In this document: in pieces, positions 1 through 11,295 of the stretch
Numbering within the stretch: position 1 is the stretch's first letter
Layout of the letters: the number at the start of each line of letters is the position of its first letter
Source of the DNA: Chiloscyllium plagiosum
Taxonomy: Eukaryota
Length of the DNA: 20,000 nt
Reading direction: 5' to 3'
NCBI RefSeq assembly: GCF_004010195.1
Contig: NC_057719.1
Location: forward strand, 71,523,769-71,543,768
Notes under the pieces: model-generated
Databases searched by the model: none
What the model was told of the DNA's origin: nothing
What the model saw: only the letters and a program-made list of their open reading frames with translations
Made by a program: the position numbers and the translations under genes

Positions 1-459
1 CAGCTCTCTGGGCTGATTAGTGGCATCCAGTTTCTGTGAGGCACCATAATTTTCAGGACATTTTCAAAGCCCTGACTGAAACACCTAGTTATCAATTAAC
101 TCCTGGAACTTGGCCTGAATTCTAACAAGACAAAGATATCCAAATGCTCTAAAATCTTCTCACTGGGTCTCCTGCACAGAATATATAGAGATCAGTTGCC
201 TTCCCTGCAATACAGGCAAAAATCAGCACTTCTGACATGAATTCGACTGTCTCTTCTTCACCCAACGATGATCATCAATCATTGTCTGTCTCCCATAAAC
301 TCTTGTTCAGTGAGCCTGAATTACTCTGCATAATCTTGTGAGGATCTTCCACTCTGTCCCTCCCTCTTGCTCGGCAGAATTTAATAGTGCCACCTAGCAA
401 CGTTTAGAACAGAGTGTACTTAATACTGAGCACATAGTTAGTGAGTTTCGTCACATGTA

Positions 460-590
460 CAAACATACAAAACAGGAGCAAAGGTAAACAATTCTGCCCC
501 TCAAGCCTGTTTCACCAATCAATATGATCATGGCCGATCTGTTTACTATTTGAATCCGCCGTTCACTCCCCTGCCTAACAAGAATCTATA
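460..590 (-). mobile_element. Short degenerate CR1 LINE 3' end (3'UTR and tail)
   Basis: + strand ACATACAAAACAGGAGCAAAGGTAAACAATTCTGCCCCTCAAGCCTG...ATGATCATGGCCGATCTG resembles the reverse complement of the CR1 3' ends at 8010-8090 and 11790-11878. No ORF. Confidence 0.5.
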
Positions 591-2740
591 CAGGTACATA
601 TTACTATCAACTATTACGCTTACCTTATTAGTTCTGAACACCCTCAACCATTTTCTGGCTGCTTCCTTCTCAGTGTAGCTCCCACTCATCAGGGAAATTA
701 TGGCTCTGGGCTTTTCTCAGTCACTCTCTCTTCTCTTCAAGCCCCAAGTTATTTTCCCCTCCATCCCCAGCATCAGTAACCCCTTCCTCCCATCCCCCAT
801 CCAGCCTCTACATCCCATTGTCCCTCTGAAACAGTATCCAATGGGAGAAATAAGCAGCATATCAACAATACTATGCCAGAATGGGACAAACTCGATGACC
901 TAGTTTATTCCGGTGTATTTTAAAATGTTAAAAGGTGAGACTGCTGAATAATCTGAACAGATTGTCGTGTTTGAAGTGGACCACTGTTTTCTCTCTCTCT
1001 CTTGCAAAAAACAGCCTTTCAACATAAACACTTCATAAACTATCTGAACACAGCATTTGAAACTGTTCTCTACTTTGAAAAAAATGGAAAAGCAATCAGA
1101 TATGAGAGTGAAGTGAAGCATTGCATCTGTTAGAGCTAATTAGTTGTTAGCCCAGGGAATTGTACATCATGTACATGCTCAAACAGGATATAAGTTCCAA
1201 CAATAGTCACAACTTGACAAAAATATGAAGTCTAATTCCATGCTTTTAGGAAAGGCTATGACTTTTGAGTAAAGTTTAACAAAGCCATTAGAAATTTACA
1301 AATGCAATTTTCAATGAATAAACGTAATCATTGAACAGCAAAATATGTAACTGCTGATTGTGTTATTCTGTTAAATATCTATTTTCTCCAGGTTACAACA
1401 ATTGAGGAAAAATGTTGCACAGAAAGTTTCCAAAGTTTTTGAAAAACTGATTGAATCAACTGATTCACTAATGACATGCAATGATAAAATATCGATATCA
1501 GTTTTGCCTATTATATTCATATTTCATATGAATTTATACGCAGAGTAGACTTAGGCTATTCAGCCCTTTGAGCTGCCTTTACTATTTGAGAAGCACTTTT
1601 GTCTGTTGACATACTGATCCACCATTAGTAAAATATGACATAGCAAGTAAGGACAATGTATATAAGAATCCCAAAACGTTAGCATGCAGACATTGCAGGT
1701 AATTAAAACAAACAGAATGTTATCTTCTATTAAGATGGAGTTTAAGAGAGCAACTATTAATGCAATGTTGTGTCTCCACCTTCGAGTACTGTTTGGAGAT
1801 ACAAACAAGTAGGTGTATGATTTGCGAGAAGCAAACATGCACAGCTTTGGAGCTGAACCTTTCTCTGGATTTGGGAAAACCCAGCCTGTGCACGTTTGTT
1901 TCACATAAACTATACATCTACCAGCCTCTTCATACCAGGTTTGAGTGAGCAGTGCTGTCTGTGAACTGTAGGAGAGAGCTGGGCTGGCTCAATTCTCAAA
2001 TAAATGATCAAAATTCCAACAGCTTAAAGAACAATGGCACCTCACTATTCACGTTCCTCGCCATGTTACCAGGTCAGCTGATGCCCTCTCAGATCCTCCC
2101 CTGCTTGAAATGAACCATCCATGCCTCCTTAGATTACCTGTGCCATCTTTATGTCCCCTATTTAACCCCTATAGCCACTCACCCAAACTCCATGCAATAT
2201 CAATGGAAAAGACAGTCTTTGTGGAAAAATGAAACCTTAACAACTAATAAAGGCTTCAACATAATTGGTATTGAAAGAAAAATATATTATCATCGAAAAG
2301 GACCATGAAATACAGAGCTTCTTTACTTAACTATATCCCTAAAATTCACAATTTTAAAAAAAGACTTCAAGTGAAGAACTGATTCCCATTGTAATCAATG
2401 GTAAAATGGAGGCAAGTTCTGTAGGGGCTTCCTTGACAGATGAAAAACCATTAAGATAGTAATAAACAACAAAGTAAAATAAATTTAAAAATATAAAATA
2501 AAAATATAATATGTTACGATACTGTTAAGATTGACCAGGCTTCAAATAGTGCCAGAGGTTGTTTGACTCCCAGGATTACCTGCACTCACTGACTTCCATA
2601 CTAAATGGAGTACAGGTCCTTAATTCCATTTCAGGAGGGAAGAAAGGACCCAGGGGCAGAGCTAGCAGTGAAGAGAGGGCCAGACCTGGACCATAAAGGT
2701 AAGAATAGAAGGCAGGAGATGAGGCCAGGGCAACACATCA

Positions 2741-3232
<492 letters not shown>

Positions 3233-3524
3233 TTACAAATGGAGGAAGAATTTAGGAATCACAAACAGTGAATTGCTTTTTTATACAATACCCATTAACT
3301 CGTGAATGGAGTTTGTTTTACAAAGATTCCATAACTGTTTCCTACATCTACTCTAGAAGGGCATGATTTCAAGAAGTGTAAAAGAAATGCAGGCATTTTT
3401 TCTAAATTAACCAACAAGCTTTTAATAAATTGGATGCTATGAAATAATCAGTTGTTCTAATGCGACTTGTTGCTATGGGAATTGATGGAATTTAATGTTA
3501 ATTCTGAAAGCTATTGTTCAAAAG

Positions 3525-3600
3525 TGTGAGTAACAATGTCACTGGACTAGCTACCCTGAAGACCAAGAAACAGCCCTGAGCTCATTGGTGTTCATATCCA
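3525..3600 (+). mobile_element. 5' head of an old tRNA-derived SINE, interrupted by later insertions
   Basis: AATGTCACTGGACTAG... followed by B-box-like GGTGTTCATATCCA. The element appears to resume at ~4752. Confidence 0.45.
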
Positions 3601-4372
3601 GATTCTGGATTAGTGGTGCTGGAAGAGCACAGCAGTTCAGGCAGCATCCGAGGAGCAGTAAAATCGACGTTTCGGGCAAAAGCCCTTCATCAGGAATAAA
3701 GGCAGAGAGCCTGAAGCGTGGAGAGATAAGTGAGAGGAGGATGGGGGTGGGGAGAAAGTAGCATAGAGTACAATAGGTGAGTGGGGGAGGGGATGAAGAG
3801 GCGTTCTTCCTCCAGGTGTCTGGTGGTGAGGGAGCGGCGGTGGAGGAGGCCCAGCACCTCCATATCCTCGGCAGAGTGTGAGGGGGAGTTGAAATGTTGG
3901 GCCACGGGGCGGTTTGGTTGATTGGTGCGGGTGTCTCAGAAATGTTTCCTAATGCGCTCTGCTAGGAGGCGCCCAGTCTCCCCGGTGTAGATGAGACCGC
4001 ATCGGGAGCAACGGATACAATAGATGATATTAGTGGATGTGCAGGTAAAACTTTGATGGATGTGGAAGGCTCCTTTAGGGCCTTGGATAGAGGTGAGGGA
4101 GGAGGTGTGGGCACAGGTTTTACAGTTCCTGCGGTGGCAGGGGAAAGTGCCAGAGGGTGGATTGTGGGGGGGGGGGGGGGCGTGGACCTGACCAGGTAGT
4201 CACGGAGGGAACGGTCTTTGCGGAAGGCGGAAAGAGGTGGGGAGGGAAATATATCCCTGGTGGTAGGGTCTTTTTGGAAGTGGCAGAAATGTCGGTGGAT
4301 GATTTGGTTTATGCGAAGGTTGGTAGGGTGGAAGGTGAGCACCAAGGGCGTTCTGTCTTTGTTACGGTTGGA
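3601..4372 (-). mobile_element. 5'-truncated Penelope-like retroelement (RT/EN linker, GIY-YIG endonuclease remnant, 3' terminal repeat)
   Basis: Minus-strand translation ...DRTPLVLTFHP...PPLSAFRKDRSLRDYLVRS / frameshift at the G15 run 4166-4180 / GTFPCHRRNCKTC...FTCTSTNIIYCIRCSRCGLIYTGETGRLLAERIRKHF*DTR...VAQHFNSPSH...LEEERL. Flanked by the 14-bp direct repeat GGTGTTCATATCCA (3587-3600, 4373-4386). Confidence 0.9.
3660..3697 (-). ncRNA. Minimal type I hammerhead ribozyme motif in the Penelope terminal repeat
   Basis: Minus strand: attc-CTGATGA-a-GGGC-tttt-GCCC-GAAA-CGTC-gatt. Core boxes intact, 4-bp stem II, GUC triplet, palindromic ACGT in place of helix III; stem I is weak. Confidence 0.65.
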
Positions 4373-4393
4373 GGTGTTCATATCCAACCAAGT

Positions 4394-4750
4394 AACAGAA
4401 TCACCGTAGTGTGGAAGGAGGCCCTCAGCCCATTCAGTCTGCACTGATCCTCTGAAAAGCATCCCACCTAGAACTAGCTCCCCCGTCCCCCAACCATATC
4501 CCTGTAACCCCATGTCTACCATGGCTAACCCAACTGTCTACACATCCCTGGACACCACAGGGCAATTTTTAGCATGGCAAATCCATCTAACCTGCACATC
4601 TTAAGACTGGGAGGAAACTGAAGCAGCCAATGGAAACTCATGGAGACATGTGGACAACATGCAAACTCCACTCAGACAGACAGACACCCGAGACTGGAAT
4701 CATACCTGCTGTGAGGCAACAATACTAACCACTGAGCCACCATGCCGACC
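4394..4750 (-). mobile_element. Near full-length HE1-type (V-SINE) tRNA-derived SINE
   Basis: Minus strand starts GGTCGGCATGGTGGCTCAGTGGTTAG (A box), has the V-domain-like GTGGAGTTTGCATGTT...GGTTTCC-like core and a CR1-like 3' end ...GGGCTGAGGGCCTCCTTCCACACTACGGTGATTCT. Confidence 0.85.
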
Positions 4751-4751
4751 C

Positions 4752-5012
4752 TGGGGGTCATCTGGTGAAATTTCAATTTGCTTAATAAATCTGGAATACA
4801 AAACTGCTGGCAATAATGCTAACCATGAATACATTATAACAAAAACCTCCATTGGTCACTTTTCTCCTTTAAGGAAGGAAATGTAACATCCTTATCTAGT
4901 CCAGTCTACTTGTGACTCCAAGCTCAGATCAATATAGTTGGCACTTAACTTCCCTCTGTGATGACCTAGTAAACTGCTCAGTTCAATGGCAACTGGAGAT
5001 GAGCAATGTTAG
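4752..5012 (+). mobile_element. Body and 3' part of the old SINE whose head lies at 3525-3600
   Basis: CTGGTGAAATTT...AATAAATCTGGAAT...CCTTTAAGGAAGGAAAT...GTGACTCCA...CTTAACTTCCCTCTG...CTCAGTTCAATGGCAACTGGAGATGAGCAA matches a common chondrichthyan SINE body as I recall it. An inverted relative lies at 13118-13318. Confidence 0.6.
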
Positions 5013-5028
5013 ACTTGCCCACAACAGT

Positions 5029-5760
5029 TACATAGAACATAGAACATAGAAGAATACAGCGCAGTACAGGCCCTTTGGCCCTCGATGTTGCGCCGATCCA
5101 AGCCCACCTAACCTATACTAACCCACTATCCTCCATATACCTATCCAATGCCCGCTTAAATGCCCATAAAGAGGGAGAGTCCACCACTGCTACTGGCAGG
5201 GCATTCCATGAACTTACGACTCACTGAGTGAAGAACCTACCCCTAACTTCAGTCCTATATCTACCCCACTTAATTTAAAGCTATGCCCCCTTGTAATACC
5301 CGACTCCATACACGGGAAAAGGTTCACACTGTCAACCCTATCTAACCCCCTAATCATCTTGTACACCTCAATCAAGTCACCCCTAAACCTTCTTTTCTCT
5401 AATGAAAACAGCCCCAAGTGTCTCAGTCTATCCTCATACGATCTTCCTTCCATACCAGGCAACATCCTGGTAAACCTCCTCTGCACCCGTTCCAGTGCCT
5501 CCACATCCTTCCTATAGTATGGCAACCAAAACTGCACACAATATTCCAGATGCGGCCGCACCAGAGTCTTATACAACTGCATCATGACCTCAGGACTCCG
5601 GAACTCAATTCCTCTACCAATAAAAGCCAGTACGCCATATGCCTTCCTCACCGCACTATTTACCTGGGTGGCAACTTTCAGAGATCTGTGTACATGGACA
5701 CCAAGATCCCTCTGCTCATCCACACTACCAAGTATCCGACCATTAGCCCAGTACCCCATC
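5029..5760 (-). mobile_element. Young CR1 LINE, 3' segment (ORF2 C-terminus, 3'UTR, microsatellite tail)
   Basis: ORF 5214-5759 RDLGVHV...LYKTLVRPHLEYCVQFW...RGDLIEVYK...TRGHSFKL is a typical CR1 ORF2 C-terminus. (TTCTATG)n tail at 5029-5050. Confidence 0.93.
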
Positions 5761-5827
5761 TAAAGGCATCGAGAGCATTGATACATACCACATGCTCCTT
5801 CTCCAAGGACACCCTGCTTTATCCTCA

Positions 5828-6081
5828 ATCATAGAATAGCCTTTATCCTCAATCATAGAATAGAATCCCAACAGTGTGGCATGAGAGAATTGACCCATCA
5901 AACCCCACCAACCATCCAAAGAGCATCCCACCTGGAGCACTCCATCCTTGTACCACTGCATTTCCCATGGCTGATCCACCTATTCTGCACAATCCTGGAC
6001 ACTGTGGACAATTTCGCACAAATGACCCACCTAACCCACAAATATTTGAACTGTGCAAGGAAACCAGAGCACCTGGAGGGG
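5828..6081 (-). mobile_element. 5'-truncated HE1-type SINE lying between the two CR1 segments
   Basis: Minus strand CCTCCAGGTGCTCTGGTTTCC...GTGTCCAGGATTGTGCAG...GGTGGGATGCTCTTTGG...CCACACTGTTGGGATTCTATTCTATGA is homologous to 4394-4650 and lacks the tRNA head. Confidence 0.8.
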
Positions 6082-8005
6082 AACTCCTCTGACTTTCGTA
6101 TCATCCGCAAACTTGCTTACCCAACCTTCTAACCCCTCTTCCAGGTCATTTATAAAAATGACAAACAGCAATGGTCCCAAAACAGATCCTTGCGGAACAC
6201 CGCTAGTGACGGCACTCCATGAAGAAACTTTGCCATCAACTACTACCCTCTGTCTTCTTCCATCTAGCCAATTCCTAATCCAAACCTCCAACTCACCCTC
6301 AATGCCATATCTCCGTATTTTCTGCAGTAGCCTACCATGGGGAACCTTATCAGACGCCTTACTAAAATCCATATATACCACATCTACCGCTTTCCCCTCA
6401 TCAACCTCCTTCGTCACGTTTTCAAAGAATTCAATAAGGTTTGTGAGGCATGACTTGCCCTTCACAAAACCATGCTGACTATCTTTGATCACATTATTCC
6501 TATCCAGATGTGCATAAATCCTATCCCTTACAATTCTCTCTAAGACTTTGCCCACAACGGAAGTGAGACTCACCGGCCTATAGTTACTAGGGCTATCCCT
6601 ACTCCCCTTTTTGAACAAGGGAACCACATTTGCTATCCTCCAGTCTTCTGGGACTACTCCTGTAGACAAAGAGGACATAAATATCAAGGCCAATGGCTCT
6701 GCAATCTCCTCCCTTGCTTCCCAGAGAATCCTAGGATAAATGCCATCAGGCCCAGGGGACTTATCTATTTTCACCTTTTCCAGGATTTCCAACACCTCTT
6801 CTCTACATACCTCAAAGCCATCCATTCTACTTATTTGTGCCTCAGTATTCTCATCGACAACAATGCCCTGTTCCTGAGTGAATACTGAAGAAAAGTATTC
6901 ATTCAGTGTCTCCCCAATCTCTTCCGCCTCCACACGCAACTTCCCCCTACTATCCTTGACTGGACCTATTCCTACCCTAGTCATTCTTTTATTCCTAACA
7001 TACCTATAGAAAGCCTTAGGGTTTTCCCTAATCCTATCTACTAAGGACCTTTCATGTCCCCTCCTTGCTGCTTTTAGCTCTCTCTTCAGGTCCTTCCTGG
7101 CTACCCTATAACTCTCAATCGCCCCAATTGAACCTTCACGTCTCATCTTGAGGTAGGCCGCCCTCTTCCATTTAACAAGGGATTCCAATTCCTTATTAAA
7201 CCACGGGTCCTTCGCACGACCCTTTCCTCCCTGCCTGCTCGGTACGTAATTATCAAGGACACTCAGTAGTTGCCCCTTGAACAAGTTCCACATATCATTT
7301 ACACTCTTGCCTTGGAGTCTACTTTTCTAAGCCACACATCCTAAGTCATGCCTCACAGCATCATAATTTCCCTGCCCCCATCTATAACTCTTGCCCTCTC
7401 CATTGATCCCTCTCCATCACTAGAGTAAAGGTCACCGAATTGTGGTCACTGTCCCCAAAGTGCTCACCTACCTCTAATTCTTACACCTGGCCTGGTTCGT
7501 TACCCAGAACCAAATCCAGTATGGCCTCACCTCTTGTTGGCCTGTCTACATATTGTGTCAGGAAACTCTCCTGCACACATTGAACAAACACTGACCCATC
7601 TAACGAACTTGAGCTATAGCTTTCCCAATCAATATCAGGAAAGTTAAAGTCCCCCATAACAACCACCCTATTACTGTCACTCATCTCCTGAATCAGCTTC
7701 CCTATCCTTTCTTCAATGATTCTAGGACTATTAGGAGGCCTGTAAAAGACTCCTAACAGGGTGACCTCACCTTTCCTATTCCTAACCTCAGCCCAAACTA
7801 CCTCAGATGGCAAGTCCTCATCCATCGTCCTTTCCACCGCTGTAATACTATCTTTGACAAGCAATGCCACACCTCCCCCTCTTTTACCCTCACCTCTGAC
7901 CCTACTAAAACATTTAAATCCTGGAACCTGCAACAGCCAATCCTGTCCCTGTTCTAGCCATGTCTCCGTAATAGCCACAACATCGAAGTCCCAGGTACCA
8001 ACCCA
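6082..8005 (-). mobile_element. Young CR1 LINE ORF2: AP-endonuclease and reverse transcriptase (5'-truncated, disrupted)
   Basis: EN motifs ITETWL, GGGVALLVK, YRPPN, GDFN, LDLVL (7481-7978), with SDH just past a stop. RT motifs [32 protein letters not shown] (6082-7293). One stop at 7481 and a frameshift separate the two ORFs. Confidence 0.95.
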
Positions 8006-8009
8006 TCTC

Positions 8010-9115
8010 TATAAGATCATAAAATGTAGGAGCCAGAAGTTGGCCATTTGATCCATCAATCCTGCTTGGTATGGCTGATCTGATAATCTTCAAATTACTT
8101 TCCTACCTTTTCCCTAGAACTTCTGCTTCCCTTACTGATTAACAATCTGCCTATCTCAGCCTTGAAATACTTAATGACTGAGCCTCTACGGTTTTCTGTG
8201 GTGAAGAACTCTACAAACACTCAGAAGAAATTCCTCCTCACTTCTGTCCTAACTGGGCAACCCCTTACTCTGAGGTTATGCCTTCTAATCCTATACTCGC
8301 CCACAAGGGGAAACAACCTTACTGTGTCGATCCTATTAACACCCCTAAAGATATTGTATGATTCAATGAGGTTCTCCCTCTTTCTTCTGAACTCCAAGGA
8401 GTATAGAGTTGATCTACTAAACCTCTCCTTAGCAGAGGATCCCTCCACATTTAGGATCAGCCTTCTGAACCTTCTCAGCACTACTTTCAATGATAGTGTA
8501 TCTTTTCTTTGATAGAGGGACCAAAACTGTTCACAGGACTTCAACCATGTTCAAACTGGTATCTTACATAGTTTTAGCAAAACATTCCTATTTTAGAACT
8601 CTATTCCCTTTGAAATCCCTTTGAAATCAAGTCAACATTTCAGTTGTCTTCCCTATTACCTACTGAATTTGTATGCTTTTTTTGTGATTTATGCAAGGGA
8701 CTTCCAAATCTCTTTGTGCTGTAGCTTTGTGCTATCTTTCTGCATTTAACTAATATTCAGCTCCAATACTCTTTCTGCCAAAGTACATAACTTTACATTA
8801 TTTTTCCCACATTATATTCAAGCTGCCAAGATTTTGCTCAGTTGCTTAAGCTGTCTGAATCCCTCTGCAGACTCTTGGAGTCTTCCTCAGTACTTGCCTT
8901 TCCGCATATTTTTACGCCATCTGCAAACTTGTTTATAGTACATTCGCTTTTGTCATCTACGTCATTAATATTTATTGTAAATAATTGTAGCCCCAGTACT
9001 GATCCCTGTGGCACTCCACTGGTTACATGTTGCCATTGTGAAACTGCCTCCCTTATCACAGTCTAACAGTTAGCCAATCTTCCATCCATGCTAATGTACT
9101 ACTTACTACACTATG
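8010..9115 (-). mobile_element. Older CR1 LINE, 3' part
   Basis: ORF remnants [10 protein letters not shown]...INKFADGVK (8838-9059) and LYSLEFRR...LIESYNI...RHNLRVRG...RRNFF (8221-8544). CR1 3'UTR and tail near 8010-8090. Confidence 0.88.
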
Positions 9116-9231
9116 GTTGACCATTTGCAATTTGCCTACAAGCACAACAGGTCCACAGCATCATCCTGACCCTACATTCATCCCTGGAACAGCTGGATCA
9201 CAAGGATATGTACATCAGGCTCCTACTTATT

Positions 9232-9441
9232 AACGAAAAGTGTGGTGCTGGAAAGCACAGCAGGTCAGGCAGCATCCGAGGAGTAGGAGAGTCGATGCTT
9301 TGAGCAGAAGCTCTTCAATGCTGATGAAGAGCTCATGCTCGAAATGTCAACTCTCCTGCTCCTCAAATGCTGCCTGACCTGCTGTGCTTTTCCAGCACCA
9401 CACGCCCGACTCGGATTGCCAGCATATGCAGCCCTCACTTT
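9232..9441. mobile_element. Penelope-derived fold-back (palindromic) short element
   Basis: Inverted arms ~9240-9317 and ~9325-9402 are homologous to the Penelope 3' terminus at 3612-3692. 12-bp direct repeat CTCCTACTTATT at 9220-9231 and 9442-9453. Confidence 0.85.
9318..9352 (+). ncRNA. Minimal hammerhead ribozyme motif (partly decayed)
   Basis: CTGATGA-a-GAGC-tcat-GCTC-GAAA-TGTC at 9321-9348. Core and stem II intact; ACGT changed to ATGT; stem I not evident. Confidence 0.55.
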
Positions 9442-10046
9442 CTCCTACTTATTGATGGCAGTTCTGCCTTCAACACCATAATTCCAAACAGATTCATCTC
9501 TAAACTCTCATATCGATGTCTCAACATGTCCACAATGATTATTACCATTTTTTATAGATGCACCATAGAAAGCATTCCAACTGGATGCATCACAGATTGT
9601 TCTTCCGAAGACTGCAAAAAAATACAGACAGTTGTGAACATAGCCCAGTCCATCACTCAAATCAGCCTTCCATCCATTGACTCCATCTCTACTTCCTGCT
9701 GCCTTGGGAAAACAACCAACATAATCAAGAGGCCCCTCTCACCATGGTTATACTCTCTTCCATCCTCTCCTCTCAGGCAGAAGATATAAAAGTTTGTCTA
9801 GATAATGAATCAATTCAAGACTGCTTCTTCCCTGCTGTTATTAAACTTTTGAATGGATCTCTCAAATTTTAAATTTAATATTGATCTTGCTGCCTGTGCA
9901 CCTTCTCTGTAGCCATAACATTGTACTCTATGCTCAGTTCCATTACCCTATTGCACTTTGTATCACATGATCTGCCTATACTGTGAGCAAAACAAGACAT
10001 TTCACTGTAACTAGGTACATATGACAATAATAAATCAAATCAAATC

Positions 10047-10365
10047 TTATTAAAGAGGCTAATGTGTGTAACTTATTAAATGTCTTCTGGAAACTCAAAA
10101 ACATTAAATCCATTCTTTACCCTTTATCCAGCTTTTTTACACTTTCTCAAATAATTCTAATTAATTTTTCTTTCATGAAGCCATACTCATTCTGTTTGCC
10201 TATATGATGTACTTCTCAATGTTCTGCAATTACATCCTTTGTAATAGATGCAACCATTTTCCCAATAACAGATGTTAAGCTAACTAGCCCCTAGTTACCT
10301 GTTTTCTTTGCTTCCTGTCCTTCTCAGGTAAAGAAGCTATATTGACAATTTTCTAATCCTCAAAA
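10047..10365 (-). mobile_element. Continuation of the old CR1 (upstream RT region), highly decayed
   Basis: Reverse complement gives decayed [18 protein letters not shown] and FQKTFNK motifs that precede the 8010-9115 segment. Confidence 0.7.
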
Positions 10366-10599
10366 AATTTCCAATCTCATCAAATATAAATAATTGAAAG
10401 GAAAAGACTGCAAATTTGAGAGCTGGAAAAATGTAGTGTACAGCAGGAATGCTCCTGTGAGCTCAGTCGAAAAAAGGAAATTATATTGAAGAATAATAAT
10501 ATTTATGCGGCTCTTCTGTTATATTGAGTTTCGGAATGCCTGATGTGTGTAGTGCTGTCACCCTCAGGGAAATGTTCAGAGATAACACCAAAACTAAAA

Positions 10600-11220
10600 T
10601 GAGTGATTCTTCCTCACTGAATGACAACTTTTAAGCCTATTTGATTGGCACATGTTTCTTTCATGGACACAAAATTAGTCAAAACATGAATTAACGGATT
10701 GAATGTGGTGACATGATAAAAGAAGAGTGTTTTTTTGTCAGAATCAAGATGGCATACATTTTGGAGGAGAATGTGGAGATGCTAGTGTTCCTATGTGCCT
10801 ACTACCCTGAGTGGGGATGTTGCAGCTTTACAAGACACTGCAGAGAAGAAGCCTTGGCAAGTTGCTGCAGTGCGTATTGTAGATGGTGCACAGTGTAACC
10901 ACAATATGCCTGTGTTGAAGGAAATGAATGTTTAAGTAGATGTGGGCTGCTTCGTCCTGCATGTTGAGCTTTCGATTGTTATTGAATTTGCACTCATCCT
11001 TTACAGTATTCCATCACAGTTGTGTTGTGCCCTATTAAATTGGTGATGAAAAGTCTTTGGGGATCAGGAGATAAGCCAGACATCACAGAAAATCTTACCA
11101 TTAATGTCTTCACCAGCCATAGTATTTATATGGCAAAATCAATTACATTTCTGGTCACCGTTGAGCCCTCAACTGTTAACGATGAGGGACTTGTTGGTGG
11201 TCATGGCATTAAGTGTTAAT
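10600..11220 (-). mobile_element. Highly decayed LINE (CR1/L2-group) ORF2 C-terminal fragment
   Basis: Reverse complement gives remnants resembling VMEY..WMSA...QDEAA..LNIHFLQHR...VVTLCTIYNTHCSNLPRLL, a shark LINE C-terminus as I recall it. Many indels. Confidence 0.55.
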
Positions 11221-11295
11221 AGAACCCTTAAAATGTATTCTTTACTTATAACTAATAACATAAATTTGAAGGTTTAGATAAATAAGAGTATCTAG

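Larger units (their letters stand above)
9116..10046 (+). mobile_element. Internally deleted Rex1/Babar-type LINE derivative inserted into the old CR1
   Basis: Remnants LQFAYKHNRST...SSLEQLDHKDMYIRLLLI|DGSSAFNTIIPNRFISKL and FYRCTIESI..GCIT..LQ/IQTVVN.AQSIT..LPSI. Ends AATAATAAATCAAATCAAATC. CR1 sequence resumes collinearly at 10047. Confidence 0.78.

Noticed and set aside
1..400. Possible decayed LINE fragment
   Set aside because: No translatable motif that I can assign with confidence.
4166..4180. G15 run as a programmed frameshift or functional G-quadruplex
   Set aside because: More simply a slippage-expanded homopolymer or sequencing error in a dead Penelope copy that also has a nonsense codon.
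4690..4750. tRNA gene (also 17063-17125)
   Set aside because: The A/B boxes are SINE heads; no complete cloverleaf, and they continue into SINE bodies.
6031..7978. 420-aa RT and 165-aa endonuclease ORFs as a domesticated gene or a prokaryote-style RT system
   Set aside because: Standard CR1 ORF2 motifs with 5' truncation, an internal stop, a frameshift, an interruption after FADD and a CR1 tail nearby.
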